DNA of 28,421 nucleotides from Octopus sinensis (GCF_006345805.1 NW_021827562.1:1-28421), one strand, 5' to 3'; shown: positions 11,670 to 23,030, counted from the first letter of the stretch. A program made the numbers and translations. Notes: generated by a model from the letters alone, not told the origin.

Positions 11670-12340
11670 TTAAAGCAATTTAAATTAATATATTCTGGCA
11701 AAATTTCGTGTTTATCTCTGTCCAAACACCAGTGTAATAAGGACAAAGTATTTCACTAAATTTGTTGTTATTGTTACAATTAAAGCTGAAGCAAAGCAGT
11801 GTATTTGCTAACAAATATGGTAACAAAGAGGTTAAAGTGATCCAGCAAAATTTCATGTTAATTTATGTTAATTTATGTTCATTTTTGTCCCCCAAACCAG
11901 ATTAATAATGACAAAGTTAGTTTGCTAAATTCTTCATTAATTTCAAAATCAATTGAAACAAAGGCAGCGTATTTTTTACTGAAGTATGGTAACAAAAGGG
12001 TTAAAATTAAAACCTTCCAACAAAATTTCATGTTAATTTATGTTAATTTATGTTCCAGACACCAGTTTAATAATAATGAGTTATTTTACAAAATTCTTTA
12101 TTTTTTTCAAAATTAATTGAAACAATGGTATTCTATTTCAACAGAAATATGGTAACAAAAGGGTTAAAGTGATCTAAATCAAAATCTTCCAACAAAATTT
12201 CATGTTAATTTATGTTAATTTATGCTAATTTATGTTCCAAATATCAGCTTAATAATGACTTAACTAAATCCTTCAGTATTTTAAAAAATCAATTAAAATA
12301 AATTAGTGTATTTCAGCAGAAAAATAATAACAAAGTGTTC
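11670..12340 (+). repeat. Four head-to-tail copies (about 165 bp) of the right half of a piggyBac-type MITE
   Basis: Units end tatggtaacaaa(a/g)(g/a)ggTTAA at about 11834, 12004 and 12166, and resemble the right half of 26856-27077. Confidence 0.6.
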
Positions 12341-12420
12341 TTCCAATCATGGATACTAGAGTCCCTTCAACTTTCTAAAGTCCCTGATACCATTGCCAAA
12401 GCCATAGACCACCTGACTTC

Positions 12421-12759
12421 GGAGGCACATGGCCTAGTGATTAGAGCAGCGGACTGGCGGTCGAGGGATCGCGGGTTCGAATCTCAGACCGGGCGATGTG
12501 TGTGTTTATGAGCGAAACACCTAAGCTCCACGTGGCTCCGGCAGAAGGTAATAGCAAAACTTCTGCTGACTCTTTCGCCACAACTTTCTCTCACTCTTTC
12601 CTCCTGCATCTTGCAGCTCCCCTGCGACGGACCGGCGTCCTGTCCTGGTGGGGAACCTATACACCAAGGAAACCGGGAAACCGGCCCTTATGAGCCAGGC
12701 ATGGCTCGAGAAGGAACAAACAATATATATATATATATATATAATATATTATATATATA

Positions 12760-12805
<46 letters not shown>

Positions 12806-13099
12806 GGAGGCACATGGTTAGAGTAGTGGACTCGCAGTCAAGGGTCATGGGTTCGAATCTGAGACCGGGCGATGTATGTGTTTATCAGCGAAACACCTAA
12901 GATCCATGCAGCTCCGGCAGAGGGTAATGGCAAACTTCTGCTGACTCTTTCGCGACAACTTTCTCTCACTCTTTCCTCCTGCATCTTGCAGCTCCCCTAT
13001 GACAGACCAGCGTCCCGTCTAGGTGGGGAACCTATACGCCAAGGAAACCGGGAAACCGGCCCTTATGAGCCAGGCATGGCTCGAGAAGGAAAATAAATA
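12421..13099 (+). mobile_element. Two tRNA-head SINEs of family 3 (12421-12722, 12806-13099) inside one 11-bp target duplication
   Basis: A box tggcctagtg and B box ggttcgaatc. acctgacttcg at 12411-12421 and 13100-13110. Confidence 0.8.
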
Positions 13100-13281
13100 A
13101 CCTGACTTCGTATCAAGCCACCTTTTTGAAGTTCTATAAAGGAAGCTGTATTATTGTTACTGATGGGATTACAGTCCTGCTGTCATACCTTTCAAGGGGA
13201 CAGCCCCTCTGTAATGTAAGTTATACTTTCAGTATACTCTGACCCTTTTCCTATGGAAATATGAAGGATTATCACTAGGAT

Positions 13282-13668
13282 ACGATTTGTGATTTGACTG
13301 TTATTTCTAGCAGGTCGAGATACCATGTAGAGGTTTCCATCATTGGCTCATACATACATACATATATACTTACTTACATACTTACATAAGACAGTGGGGT
13401 GTGATGTGAGGGTGATTTGGTTGCCATGCAGCGGTCATCCTCGTTGGCTCATATGTACATGCATAAAAGATTAGGGTGTGATCTGAGGGAGATTTGACTG
13501 CTGTTTCAACCAGGTCTATCTACCATGCAGAAGATTCCCTCATTGGCTCATGCATGCATACATATATATACACATAAGACAGTAGGATGTGATTTGAGGG
13601 AGATTTGGCTGCTGTTACTAGCAGGTCTAGCTACCATGTAGAGGTCTGACATTGGCTCATACATCTAC
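13282..13668 (-). repeat. About 4 units of the 110-bp repeat, inverted relative to 4338-6462
   Basis: gtgtgatttgaggggagatttggctgctg..agcaggtctagctaccatgtagagg..cattggctcata, repeated. Confidence 0.7.
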
Positions 13669-14404
13669 ATACACACACACATGCTAAAATCACACAGTGA
13701 GAATGAGGGCTCAACACTGCATTGGTGGATAAGTATTCTATATTTCTGGGTTAAGGCTTAACAAGGCTACCATTGGTTTCATGCAGTGGAATCACTTAAC
13801 AATTTTCAAACCTGCCACATGGAATGTTGATACACAAGCAGCATGCTTGATCATTTTTAAGAGATTTCTCGACTTCTGATTTTAATTATTTTTGGGGGGG
13901 GTTTCTCCTGTATTTCATTGATGTTGATGCAACAGTGGTGGGGGTGGGTAGGCGGTTTATGTTTTGAATCTTTTTTGCCTGCTTTCAGTTTTGCAGTTGT
14001 TGTTTTTTTTTTAATTATTTTTGTTTATTTATTTATTGGTTGATTCCCCTATTTTCGGTCCAAACGGTGAGTCTTGTCGTCCGAAATGAACAATGTAAAA
14101 GGGACAGGATTTGGGGTAGGTGCAGTGCAGTGCAGTGGAGCAGGGTTTTGGAATCGGACTTGGTGAAAGGAGAAGACGGAAAGCAAAGGAAGAAAGAAAG
14201 AAAGAAGGGAGGATGGAATGGCGGTTTGATAGAATGATGGAATGCAAGAATCGAAGAATTAAAAAGGAAAACATAATCAGAATCCAAGAATAAAAAAAAA
14301 AATAAACTAAAAAAAGGAAATGAGTAGAAAAAAATAGAGAGAGAAATAAAATGCAAAAATGTTTTGTTTCCGTGGAGAAGGTCATGGTTAGAATATCACA
14401 ATTG

Positions 14405-15003
14405 CTGTGGTGTGGAGGAGAGGGTGGAGCGGGGGTTGTGGGAGGGGAATCTTGAGGAGATGTGGGAAGAAGAGGAGGAGGAAGGGGGTAGGAAGAAGAA
14501 GAAGGGAGGAGGCGGATGAGAATGAGGAGGAATGGCAGGAGGGGAGGATGAAGAGGAGGAGGGAGAGGGAGGGGTGGAGGAAGAGGAAGGAAGAGTAAAG
14601 AAGGGAAGATTAGAAAGGGGGAAGAGGAAGGAAGAAGAGGAGAAAGAAGAAGAAGAAGAAGAAGGGAAAAAAGAAGAGAGAAAGAAGAAGAAGAAGAAGA
14701 AGAAGAAAGGAGAAAGAAGAAGAGGAAGAAGAAGTAGAAGAAGAAGAAGAAGAAGAAAAACAGTAGAAGAAGTGGAAACAAGAAGGGAGAAAGAAGAAGA
14801 AGAAGAAGAAGAAGAAGGGAAAAAGAGGAGAAAGAAGGAAGAAGAGTGGAACAAGAAAGAGAAAGATAAGAAGCTAAGTTTAAAACGAAGAGAGAAAGAA
14901 GAGGAAGAAGAAGGGAAAAAAGAAGAGAGAAAGAAGAAGAAGAAGAAGAAGGGGAAAAAGAAGGGAGAAAGAAGGAGGAGGAGGAGGAGGAGGAAGAGGA
15001 GGA
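14405..15003 (+). repeat. Polypurine (GAA/GGA)n tract of about 600 bp
   Basis: Nearly all purine on the + strand, with internal higher-order repeats. Confidence 0.9.
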
Positions 15004-15024
15004 CGATTCCCCAATTTCCATTTA

Positions 15025-15062
15025 TCAAATTGTCAAGACTGTTTCTTTTCCATGACCCAAGG
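15025..15062 (-). CDS. Candidate proximal last coding exon (ALGHGKETVLTI*)
   Basis: Acceptor gtttctttatcgtaacag|CC. Phase 1 matches the upstream exon (G|CC = Ala). Ends TGA TAA and is followed by UTR-like pyrimidine-rich sequence. Confidence 0.5.
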
Positions 15063-15188
15063 CTGTTACGATAAAGAAACGGTAACACAGATGGAGTGAA
15101 TCCTCACTTAAAGTATTTAAGTGTGTGTGTGTGTGTGTGTGTGCATGTGTGAGCACATATGTCTGTGTATGTGTGTATATGTTGTATA

Positions 15189-15236
<48 letters not shown>

Positions 15237-15389
15237 GCTGTATATAGATTATGTATAATATATATAATGTTTTCATGTTCTTATATATAAAAACATATGC
15301 GTATTTATATATTCTATATCTATCTTCTATATTATATATATTATATAAAAATATGCTCATTGTACACAGAGCACACATGCACATATATG

Positions 15390-15420
<31 letters not shown>

Positions 15421-15973
15421 TATTATATATTATATATATGTAGTATATATGTATGTTATATATATATATATGTATATATATGTATATATTTACATATGTA
15501 TACATATATATATGTAATATGTATGTATATATATATGTATATATATATATATTATATATTATATATATATATATATATATCCTGTCTAATATTACCATAT
15601 ATATATATATGCATATATATATATGTGTATATATATGTATATATATGCATATATATATATATATATATATCCACACATACACACACACACACCACACACA
15701 TGTATAATACATGTATGCATGAAGGAGAAGACATGTCGGATGTGAATGAACATCATGAAAGAAGAAAAGAAAGAAAAAAACAAGAACAAAATCAAATTTT
15801 GCTTTTCTTTTGCTTTTTTCTTTTCTTTAAAAAAAAATTTTCTTTCTTTTGAAAAACAATGATTTTTTTTTTAAATATATCTTTTTTTTAATTGTTCTTG
15901 TTTTTGTTTTTTTTTGCAATAATAAAAAAAAATTATAATCTTCAAACTTCATCAGCATAATAATAATAATAAC

Positions 15974-16048
<75 letters not shown>

Positions 16049-16067
16049 GATAATAATAATAATAATT

Positions 16068-16465
16068 ATATTTTCTACTCTAGGCACAAGGCCTGAAATT
16101 TTAAGGGAGTGGGGCCAGTTGATTGGATCGACCCCAGTGCGTAACTGGTACTTAATTTATTGACCCCGAAAGGATGAAAGGCAAAGTCAACCTCGGCGGA
16201 ATTTGAACTCAGAATGCAAAAGACAGGTGAAATATCGCTAACTTTTTCGCCCGGCGTGTTAATGATTCTGTTTTTCTACTCCATGCACAAGGCCCGAAAT
16301 TTGGGGGAAGGGGACTAGTCAATCCATTGACCCCAGTACTTGACTGGTACTTAATTTATCGGACTCGACCCGCCAAAGAATGAAAGCCAAAATTTGAGCT
16401 AAAAATGTCGTGACAGACAAAAACAGCTAAGCATTTCGTCCAGCATGCTAACGATTCTGCCAACT
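16068..16465 (-). mobile_element. Two tandem Meta-like SINE copies
   Basis: actggtacttaattt..gaccccgaaaggatgaaaggcaaagtc..atttgaactc pattern, twice. Confidence 0.7.
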
Positions 16466-16559
16466 TGTTGCTTTTATATAATAATAATAATAATAATAAT
16501 AATGATAATAATAATAATACTATATAGGACTGAGGTAACTCATCCAAAAGTTATATACA

Positions 16560-16740
16560 AATAAATAGAAGAGTGCTATATCATGTGAAATTTGTTGAAC
16601 AATATGTCGGCATCAAGCGTGCCTTCCACAGGTTCAAAAAAGGAAGTAGACCGACATGTAATTTTGAACCTGTGGAAGGCACGCTTGATGCCGAAATATT
16701 GTTCACAAATTTCACATGACATGGCACTCTTCTATTTATT
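16560..16740. repeat. Near-perfect fold-back (about 80-bp arms, 22-bp spacer); each arm carries a hammerhead-like motif
   Basis: 16560-16639 is the reverse complement of 16662-16740 with few mismatches. Confidence 0.9.
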
Positions 16741-16764
16741 AATAATAATATAATAAAATAATAA

Positions 16765-16906
16765 TTTCCATACAATAATCATCAGAGCATCACAACAACT
16801 CACAGCACATACCCAAGGCAAACAGAGCTGTGCTCGGTAGAATGAGTGAAAGCATGTTATAAAATAAAAATACATGAATAATAATAATAATAATAATATA
16901 TAATAA

Positions 16907-16938
<32 letters not shown>

Positions 16939-17225
16939 GATGATAATAATAATAATGATAATAATAATAATAATAATGATAATAATAATAATAATATAAT
17001 AATAATAATAATAATAGTAATAATAATAATAATAATGATGATGATGATGATGAGGTAATGATAATAATAATATAAATTGCACTATAGGCACTGCACAATC
17101 CTACGCAGAACACTTCCATAATAACCATCAGATAATCACAACAAACCACAGCACATACCCAGGCACACAGAGCTGTGCTCGTAATAAGTGAAGCACGCTA
17201 TAAAAATAAAACTACTGAATGAGAT
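16765..17225 (+). mobile_element. Two Dong/R4-type LINE 3' ends, family 2 (16765-16880, 17085-17225), in (AAT)n
   Basis: A degenerate IAL.GTA.ILRRTL C-terminus in the second copy, a shared 3' UTR (cacagcacatacccaaggca.acagagctgtgctcg) and (AAT)n tails. Confidence 0.65.
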
Positions 17226-17633
17226 AATAATAATAATAATATAATATAATAATAAATAATAATAATAATAATAATAATAAACTGATAATAATAATAATAA
17301 TAATGATACTAAAAATAATAATGATAATATAATAATAATAATATAATAATAATAATATATAATAATGATAGATGATAATAATAATAATAATATAATAATA
17401 ATGATAATAATGATAATATAATAATAATATGATAATAAATAATAATAATGATAATAATAAATAATAATAATGATAATAATAATAATAATAATGATAATAA
17501 TAATAATATATGATAATAATAATAATAATAATGATAATAATAATAATAATAATATAATGAATAAAATAATAATGATAATAAAATAATAATAATGATAATA
17601 TAATAATAATATGATAATAATAAAATAATAATG

Positions 17634-17694
<61 letters not shown>

Positions 17695-17714
17695 TAATAA
17701 TAATAATAATAATG

Positions 17715-17746
<32 letters not shown>

Positions 17747-17760
17747 AATAATAATAACAA
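17225..17760. repeat. Imperfect (AAT)n microsatellite
   Basis: Directly visible. Confidence 0.95.
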
Positions 17761-17887
17761 AATTCAGAAAAGAAATGAAGAATAATTCATAAAAAAAAAA
17801 ATTAACTTGTTAAATAATGATGAAAAAAATAATTAAAAACAGACAGAATCATCTGGAAGACATCTTTTCATCTGTTTGTCCAATATC

Positions 17888-17922
<35 letters not shown>

Positions 17923-18395
17923 AGTATGCGTGTGTGTATTTGTATGTGACTGTTTAGTATGCTTGTCCCCCCCCCCAACATCGCTTGACAACTGATGATT
18001 ACAAGATGATAGTTTCAATTCTCAGACCCGGCGGTGTATTGTGCTTTTGAGCGAAACACTTCATTTGATGTTACCCCAGTTCACTCAGCCGTAAACGGGT
18101 GACCCTGTGACAGACAGGCATCCCATTCAGGGTGGGAGGTGGGGTGAATGTTACGAACTCAGTCACTTATACACCTTGGAAACGGGGTAACTAACCCTAT
18201 GGAACCCAGTAACACAAGACAGAAAAGTATAGGGCCTGCAAAAACAAAACAAAAAAAATGCTTGTATGTGTATACAAGGGGTCACTGAAAAGGTCCTTGG
18301 AAACGAGGTAACTAACCCTATGAAACCCAGAAACTCAAGACAGAAAAGTATAGGGTCTGCAAAAAAAAACCCCAAAAAATGCTTGTATGTCTATA

Positions 18396-18600
18396 TAAGG
18401 GGTCACTGAAAAGTTCCTGGCTTTAAGGGTATTGTGAACGGTCAGGTTGGAGGCCCAACCTTCTGATTTTTTCTACAGGGCTTAGAAAAGCTGAAGGGCC
18501 ACTGCAATAAGTGTGCGAATCTGAGAGGGGAATTATGTTGAATAAAATCTTGATTGACCGTATTTTTTACCCAAAGCCAGAACCGTTTCAGCACCCCTCC
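18396..18600 (+). mobile_element. Mariner-derived MITE (irritans-like); an extra right end lies at 18678-18757
   Basis: TIR aggggtcactgaaaagttcctggcttt versus aaagccagaaccgtttcagcacccct. Internal GLEKLKGHCNKCANLRGE resembles a mariner C-terminus. Confidence 0.65.
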
Positions 18601-18623
18601 CCATATATATGCACACACACACA

Positions 18624-18662
<39 letters not shown>

Positions 18663-18903
18663 TGTATGTGTGTGTGAGTTGAATAAGGTCATAATTGACT
18701 TTTACTCCCATATTTTCTTCTACTCAAAACCAGGAACTTTTTAGCCCCCCCCCCTGTAGCTTACCATAGCATATTACTATATTTACATATATATATATAT
18801 ATATATATGTATATTACGATATTATATATATATACATAATATTACTCTATATATATATATATATATATATGTATATACATATATATACTATATAATATAT
18901 ATA

Positions 18904-18941
<38 letters not shown>

Positions 18942-19185
18942 CATATATATTACTATATATCTATATATATTACTATATTCTATATATATATTCTATATAT
19001 CATATATTATATATATATATAATATATATATTACTCTCTATATAATATATATATTACTCTATATATATATATATACAAGCATATTTAGATCTCTTATAAG
19101 GATATTTTTATCCAAGATACACTGGTTTAATATATTGTATTTTGAAGAGATATTTCTTCAGTGAATATATTATATGAAATATCAG

Positions 19186-19373
19186 AAAATATCAAATATT
19201 ATTAAGTATGAAAATGGAGAGATCTAATGGATACAAATTAATTGATTGATTAATATATTCACCGACAACTGTTTCATTGAAACAAATGTAGGCAAATATG
19301 TTAATTAACCAGTAAATTAATCTATCTATTAGTTATCTCAATTTTCATACTTAATAATAATATTTGATATTTT
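19186..19373. repeat. Imperfect 188-bp palindrome centred on 19277
   Basis: aaaatatcaaatattattaagtatgaaaat versus attttcatacttaataataatatttgatatttt; centre tgtttca-t-tgaaaca. Confidence 0.8.
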
Positions 19374-19402
19374 ATGTGTGTGTGTGTGTGTGTGTGTACA
19401 TT

Positions 19403-19615
19403 ATAAGGGGGTCTGAAAAGTTCCTGGTTTTAAAGGTAAAAGGCCTGGCTGGAAGTCCAACCTTCTGAGTTCTTTTACAAGGGCTTAGAAAAACTGAAGG
19501 ACCACCGTGATAACTGTGTGAATCTGAGAAGGGGAATATGTTGAATAAAATCTTAATTTACTGATCCTCCTGGATTTTCTTTTACTCAAAGCCAGGAACT
19601 TTCCAGCAGCCCTTT
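19403..19615 (+). mobile_element. Mariner-derived MITE, same family as 18396-18600
   Basis: agggggtctgaaaagttcctgg..ccaggaactttccagcagccct. Confidence 0.65.
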
Positions 19616-19694
19616 GCATGTGTGTGTGTGTGCGTGCATGCGTGTATATGTGTGTGTGTGTGTTTGTGGGGTTTTTCTTAAATACTGTCCTCAC

Positions 19695-19867
19695 CAGATG
19701 TGAAGTGGTAGCCCATGTAAAGCTGGTTGTCGAACGATTGCTCGCCCTTCCTGATCGGCTGTGGCGTGAGTTCCGTCTCTGATTCGGGTCTCGGAGTACT
19801 GCTATGGTCGGGTGATATGGGAACCGGATGTCCGATGTTCACGATTGGGCACAGCTTTTTGGCACGC
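19695..19867 (-). CDS. Internal coding exon (173 bp, phase 2 in, phase 1 out) of an unidentified gene; possibly the cytoplasmic tail of a membrane protein
   Basis: Unique, GC-richer island. Long polypyrimidine tract ending ttcactcccag|G, donor TCTG|gtgagg. Only one frame is open: RAKKLCPIVNIGHPVPISPDHSSTPRPESETELTPQPIRKGEQSFDNQLYMGYHFTS(G/A). Confidence 0.8.
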
Positions 19868-19984
19868 CTGGGAGTGAAAGAGAAAGAGTGAGAGAGACAG
19901 ACAAAAGCAAGAAAGAGAGAGACAGCAAGCACATAGCAAGAGCATGGAACAATTGTACATCATTATCACAGTTGTTGTTGTTAT

Positions 19985-20960
19985 TTGTGTGTTTGATGTC
20001 TGTTTGATGTGTTTTATGTATGTTTGATGTGTGTTTGATGTGTTTTATGTGTTGTTTGATGTATGATGTGTTTGATGTATGTTTGATGCATGCCTAGTGT
20101 GTGTTCTTTGTTGTTTGACACATATTTGAGGTGTGTTTGGTATATGTTTGGTGTGTGTTTTTGCTTTTGTGTGTGTTTGATGTCTGTTTGATGTGTTTGA
20201 TGTATGTTTGATGTATGCTTGGCACGTGTTCTTTGCTGTTTGATGTGTGTTTGATGTGTTTTATGTGTTGTTTGATGTATGTTTGATGTGTTTTATGTGT
20301 TATTTGATGTATGTTTGTGTTTGATATATGTTTGATGTATGTTTGGTGTGTGTTCTTTGTTGTTTGATGTATGTTTGATATGTGTTTGATATGTGTTTGA
20401 AGTATATTTGATGTGTTTGATGTATGTTTGATGTGTTGTTTGATGTATGTTTGTGTGTTTGATATATGTTTGATGTATTCTTGGTGTGTGTTTTTTGTTG
20501 TTTGATGTGTGTTTGATGTGTGTTTAGTGTGTTCTTTTTTGGATTGATATATGTTTGATAAATGTTTGATGTCTGTTTGATGTATGCTTGATGTGTTTTA
20601 TGTGTTGTTTGATGTCTGTTTGATGTGTGTTTGATGTGTTTGATGTATGTTTAGTGTGTGTTTGATATGTGTTTGATGTGTGTTTAGTGTGTGTTCTTTG
20701 CTGTTTGACATGTGTTTGAGGTGTGTTTGGTGCGTGTTTTCTGTTGTTTGACATGTGTCTGAGGTGTGTTTGATACATGATTGATGTATACTTGGCACGT
20801 GTTTTCTGTTTGATGTGTGTTTATTATATGTTTGATGTATGTTTGGTGTGTATTCTTTGTTGTTTGCTGTATATTTGATGTGCGTTTGATATGTTTGATG
20901 TGTGTGTAGTGCATGCTCTTTTTTGTTTGATATATGTTTGATAATATTGTCTGATACTAT
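19985..20960. repeat. Degenerate (TGTTTGATG)-like satellite of about 1 kb
   Basis: Dozens of tgtttgatgt variants with extreme G+T strand skew. Confidence 0.9.
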
Positions 20961-21164
20961 TTGTTCGATGTTATCTGTCTGACGTGTAGTGACTTCATGA
21001 TGTTGCTATCTTTTTTTTTTCTTTTTCTTTTTTGTAATCTGAATTACCTGGTTTTATGCGTGAGCGAGGATTCTGACGTAATTTCAAGGTGTAACATGAC
21101 ACCTTGAAAAGTATGTATCATTTTTTAAAGTCAAATTGTGTTTGAAAGGCGGGTCTATAGCAGT

Positions 21165-21626
21165 AGTAGCATTGCAGCGGTGTTGCAGTAGCATTGTGGC
21201 GGTGTTGCAGTAGCATTGCAGCGGTGTTGCAGTAGCATTGTGGCGGTGTTGCAGTAGCATTGCAGCGGTGTTGCAGTAGCATTGCAGCGGTGTTGCAGTA
21301 GCATTGTGGCGGTGTTGCAGTAGCATTGCAGCGGTGTTGCAGTAGCATTGCAGCGGTGTTGCAGTAGCATTGTGGCGGTGTTGCAGTAGCATTGCAGCGG
21401 TGTTGCAGTAGCATTGTGGCGGTGTTGCAGTAGCATTGCAGCGGTGTTGCAGTAGCATTGCAGCGGTGTTGCAGTAGCATTGTGGCGGTGTTGCAGTAGC
21501 ATTGCAGCGGTGTTGCAGTAGCATTGTGGCGGTGTTGCAGTAGCATTGCAGCGGTGTTGCAGTAGCATTGTGGCGGTGTTGCAGTAGCATTGCAGTGATG
21601 TTGCAGTAGCATTGCAGCGGTGTTGC
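21165..21626. repeat. 22-bp minisatellite, 21 copies, two variants
   Basis: Unit attg(ca/tg)gcggtgttgcagtagc with an exact 22-bp period from 21171 to 21611. Confidence 0.95.
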
Positions 21627-21814
21627 ATTTGTATTGCAGGAACAACAACAGTTCAGCAGTAGCATTACCATTGTAGCAGTATCAGAGCAAAAAGTAGTAG
21701 TAGTAGTAGTAGTAGTTAGTAGTAGTTAGTGATAGCAGTAGCAGTGGTGATAGTAGTAGTGTTAGTAGTCGTCGTCGTCATAGTAGTAGTAGTAGTAGTA
21801 GTAATGGTAGTGAT

Positions 21815-21846
<32 letters not shown>

Positions 21847-21982
21847 TAGTAGTAGCAGTAGTAGTAGTATATCCAGGTATTATTGAACTTGGCCTCAGGT
21901 ACACCACATGTAACTCATGATATATGTTTACACACACACACACACACACACAACACACACACACACCACACACATATATATG

Positions 21983-22018
<36 letters not shown>

Positions 22019-22044
22019 AATATATATATATATGGATATGTGTA

Positions 22045-22083
<39 letters not shown>

Positions 22084-22195
22084 ATGGATGGATGGATAGA
22101 TAGATGGATATTTGTTTACATATATTTATATATATATACATAACATCAGAGCTGCATCCTCGTTACACGAGAAAAGCCATTGCTAAGAAGACTTA

Positions 22196-22520
22196 CTGAA
22201 ATGATTCATTATTGTTGCCATGTGATGCCCTTATATGGCTTTTAAGCTCAGCCAAGCTTTTACACTTTTTATTACATTCCAGGCAACTGTGGTGGCAGAC
22301 AGGAGAAACAGGTCCCACCGTATGCGCTCACTTAACATATCTTTTTAGACCTCCAACTGCGAGGCATACCCTTCCAGATTTTACACACGTTCTGGTATGA
22401 ATGTTAATAGCAGCCACATCATTGTTTATCATGGGTTGATTTCCATGAGAATTTTGACTGCTCACCAGGCCTGCACGACTCAAACACCTCCACCCACAAA
22501 CCACACACATGAAAAGCAAC
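22196..22520 (-). pseudogene. Decayed LINE (RTE-like) C-terminal zinc-finger cluster
   Basis: In one frame: CVVCGWRCLSRAGLVSSQNSH, CVKSGRVCLAVGGLKRYVK*AH and CLECNKKCKSLAELKSHIRASH, with an in-frame stop and lost ligands. Confidence 0.6.
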
Positions 22521-22599
22521 ATATATGTGTGTGTGTGTGCATGTGTGTGAGTGTGTGCGCAATACATATATGTACCTGTGCATATATAAGTATGTAGAT

Positions 22600-22831
22600 A
22601 TATATTTCTTTACTACCCACAAGGGGCTAAACACAGAGGGGACAAACAGGGACAGACAAATGGATTAAGTCGATTATATCGACCCCAGTGTGTAACTGGT
22701 ACTTAATTTATCGACCCCGAAAGGATGAAAGGCAAACTCGACCTCGGCGGAATTTGAACTCAGAACGTAGCGGCAGACGAAATACGGCTACGCATTTCGC
22801 CCGACGTGCTAACGTTTCTGCCAGCTCACCG
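22600..22831 (-). mobile_element. Meta-like tRNA SINE, full length
   Basis: Reverse complement of 23279-23512. Confidence 0.8.
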
Positions 22832-23030
22832 TAGATATATGTATATATATGTATATATGTATACATATGTATATATGTATACATATGTATATATATGTAT
22901 ACATATGTATATATGTATACATATGTATATATATGTATATATGTATACATATGTATATATATGTATACATATGTATATATGTATACATATGTATATATAT
23001 GTATATATGTATACATATGTATATATATGT

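Noticed and set aside
12421-12495. tRNA gene
   Set aside because: A and B boxes are present but there is no acceptor stem, and it continues into a repeated SINE body.
14024-14037. Overlapping AATAAA as the poly(A) site of the proximal last exon
   Set aside because: Part of an (AAAT)n run followed by A-rich rather than GU-rich sequence; cannot be supported without reads.
14029-15088. Long ORFs (330, 230 and 180 aa) over the GAA tract
   Set aside because: Low-complexity translations of a purine/pyrimidine tract that lacks stops by composition.
21084-21671. Cys-rich repetitive ORFs (195, 176 and 157 aa)
   Set aside because: All three frames are open only because the 22-bp unit has no minus-strand stop; the period is not a multiple of 3 and there is no splice support.
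22196-22520. Host C2H2 zinc-finger exon (a gtaagt donor lies at about 22191-22196)
   Set aside because: In-frame stop, lost Cys/His ligands and no TGEKP linkers; the pattern fits a LINE C-terminus.
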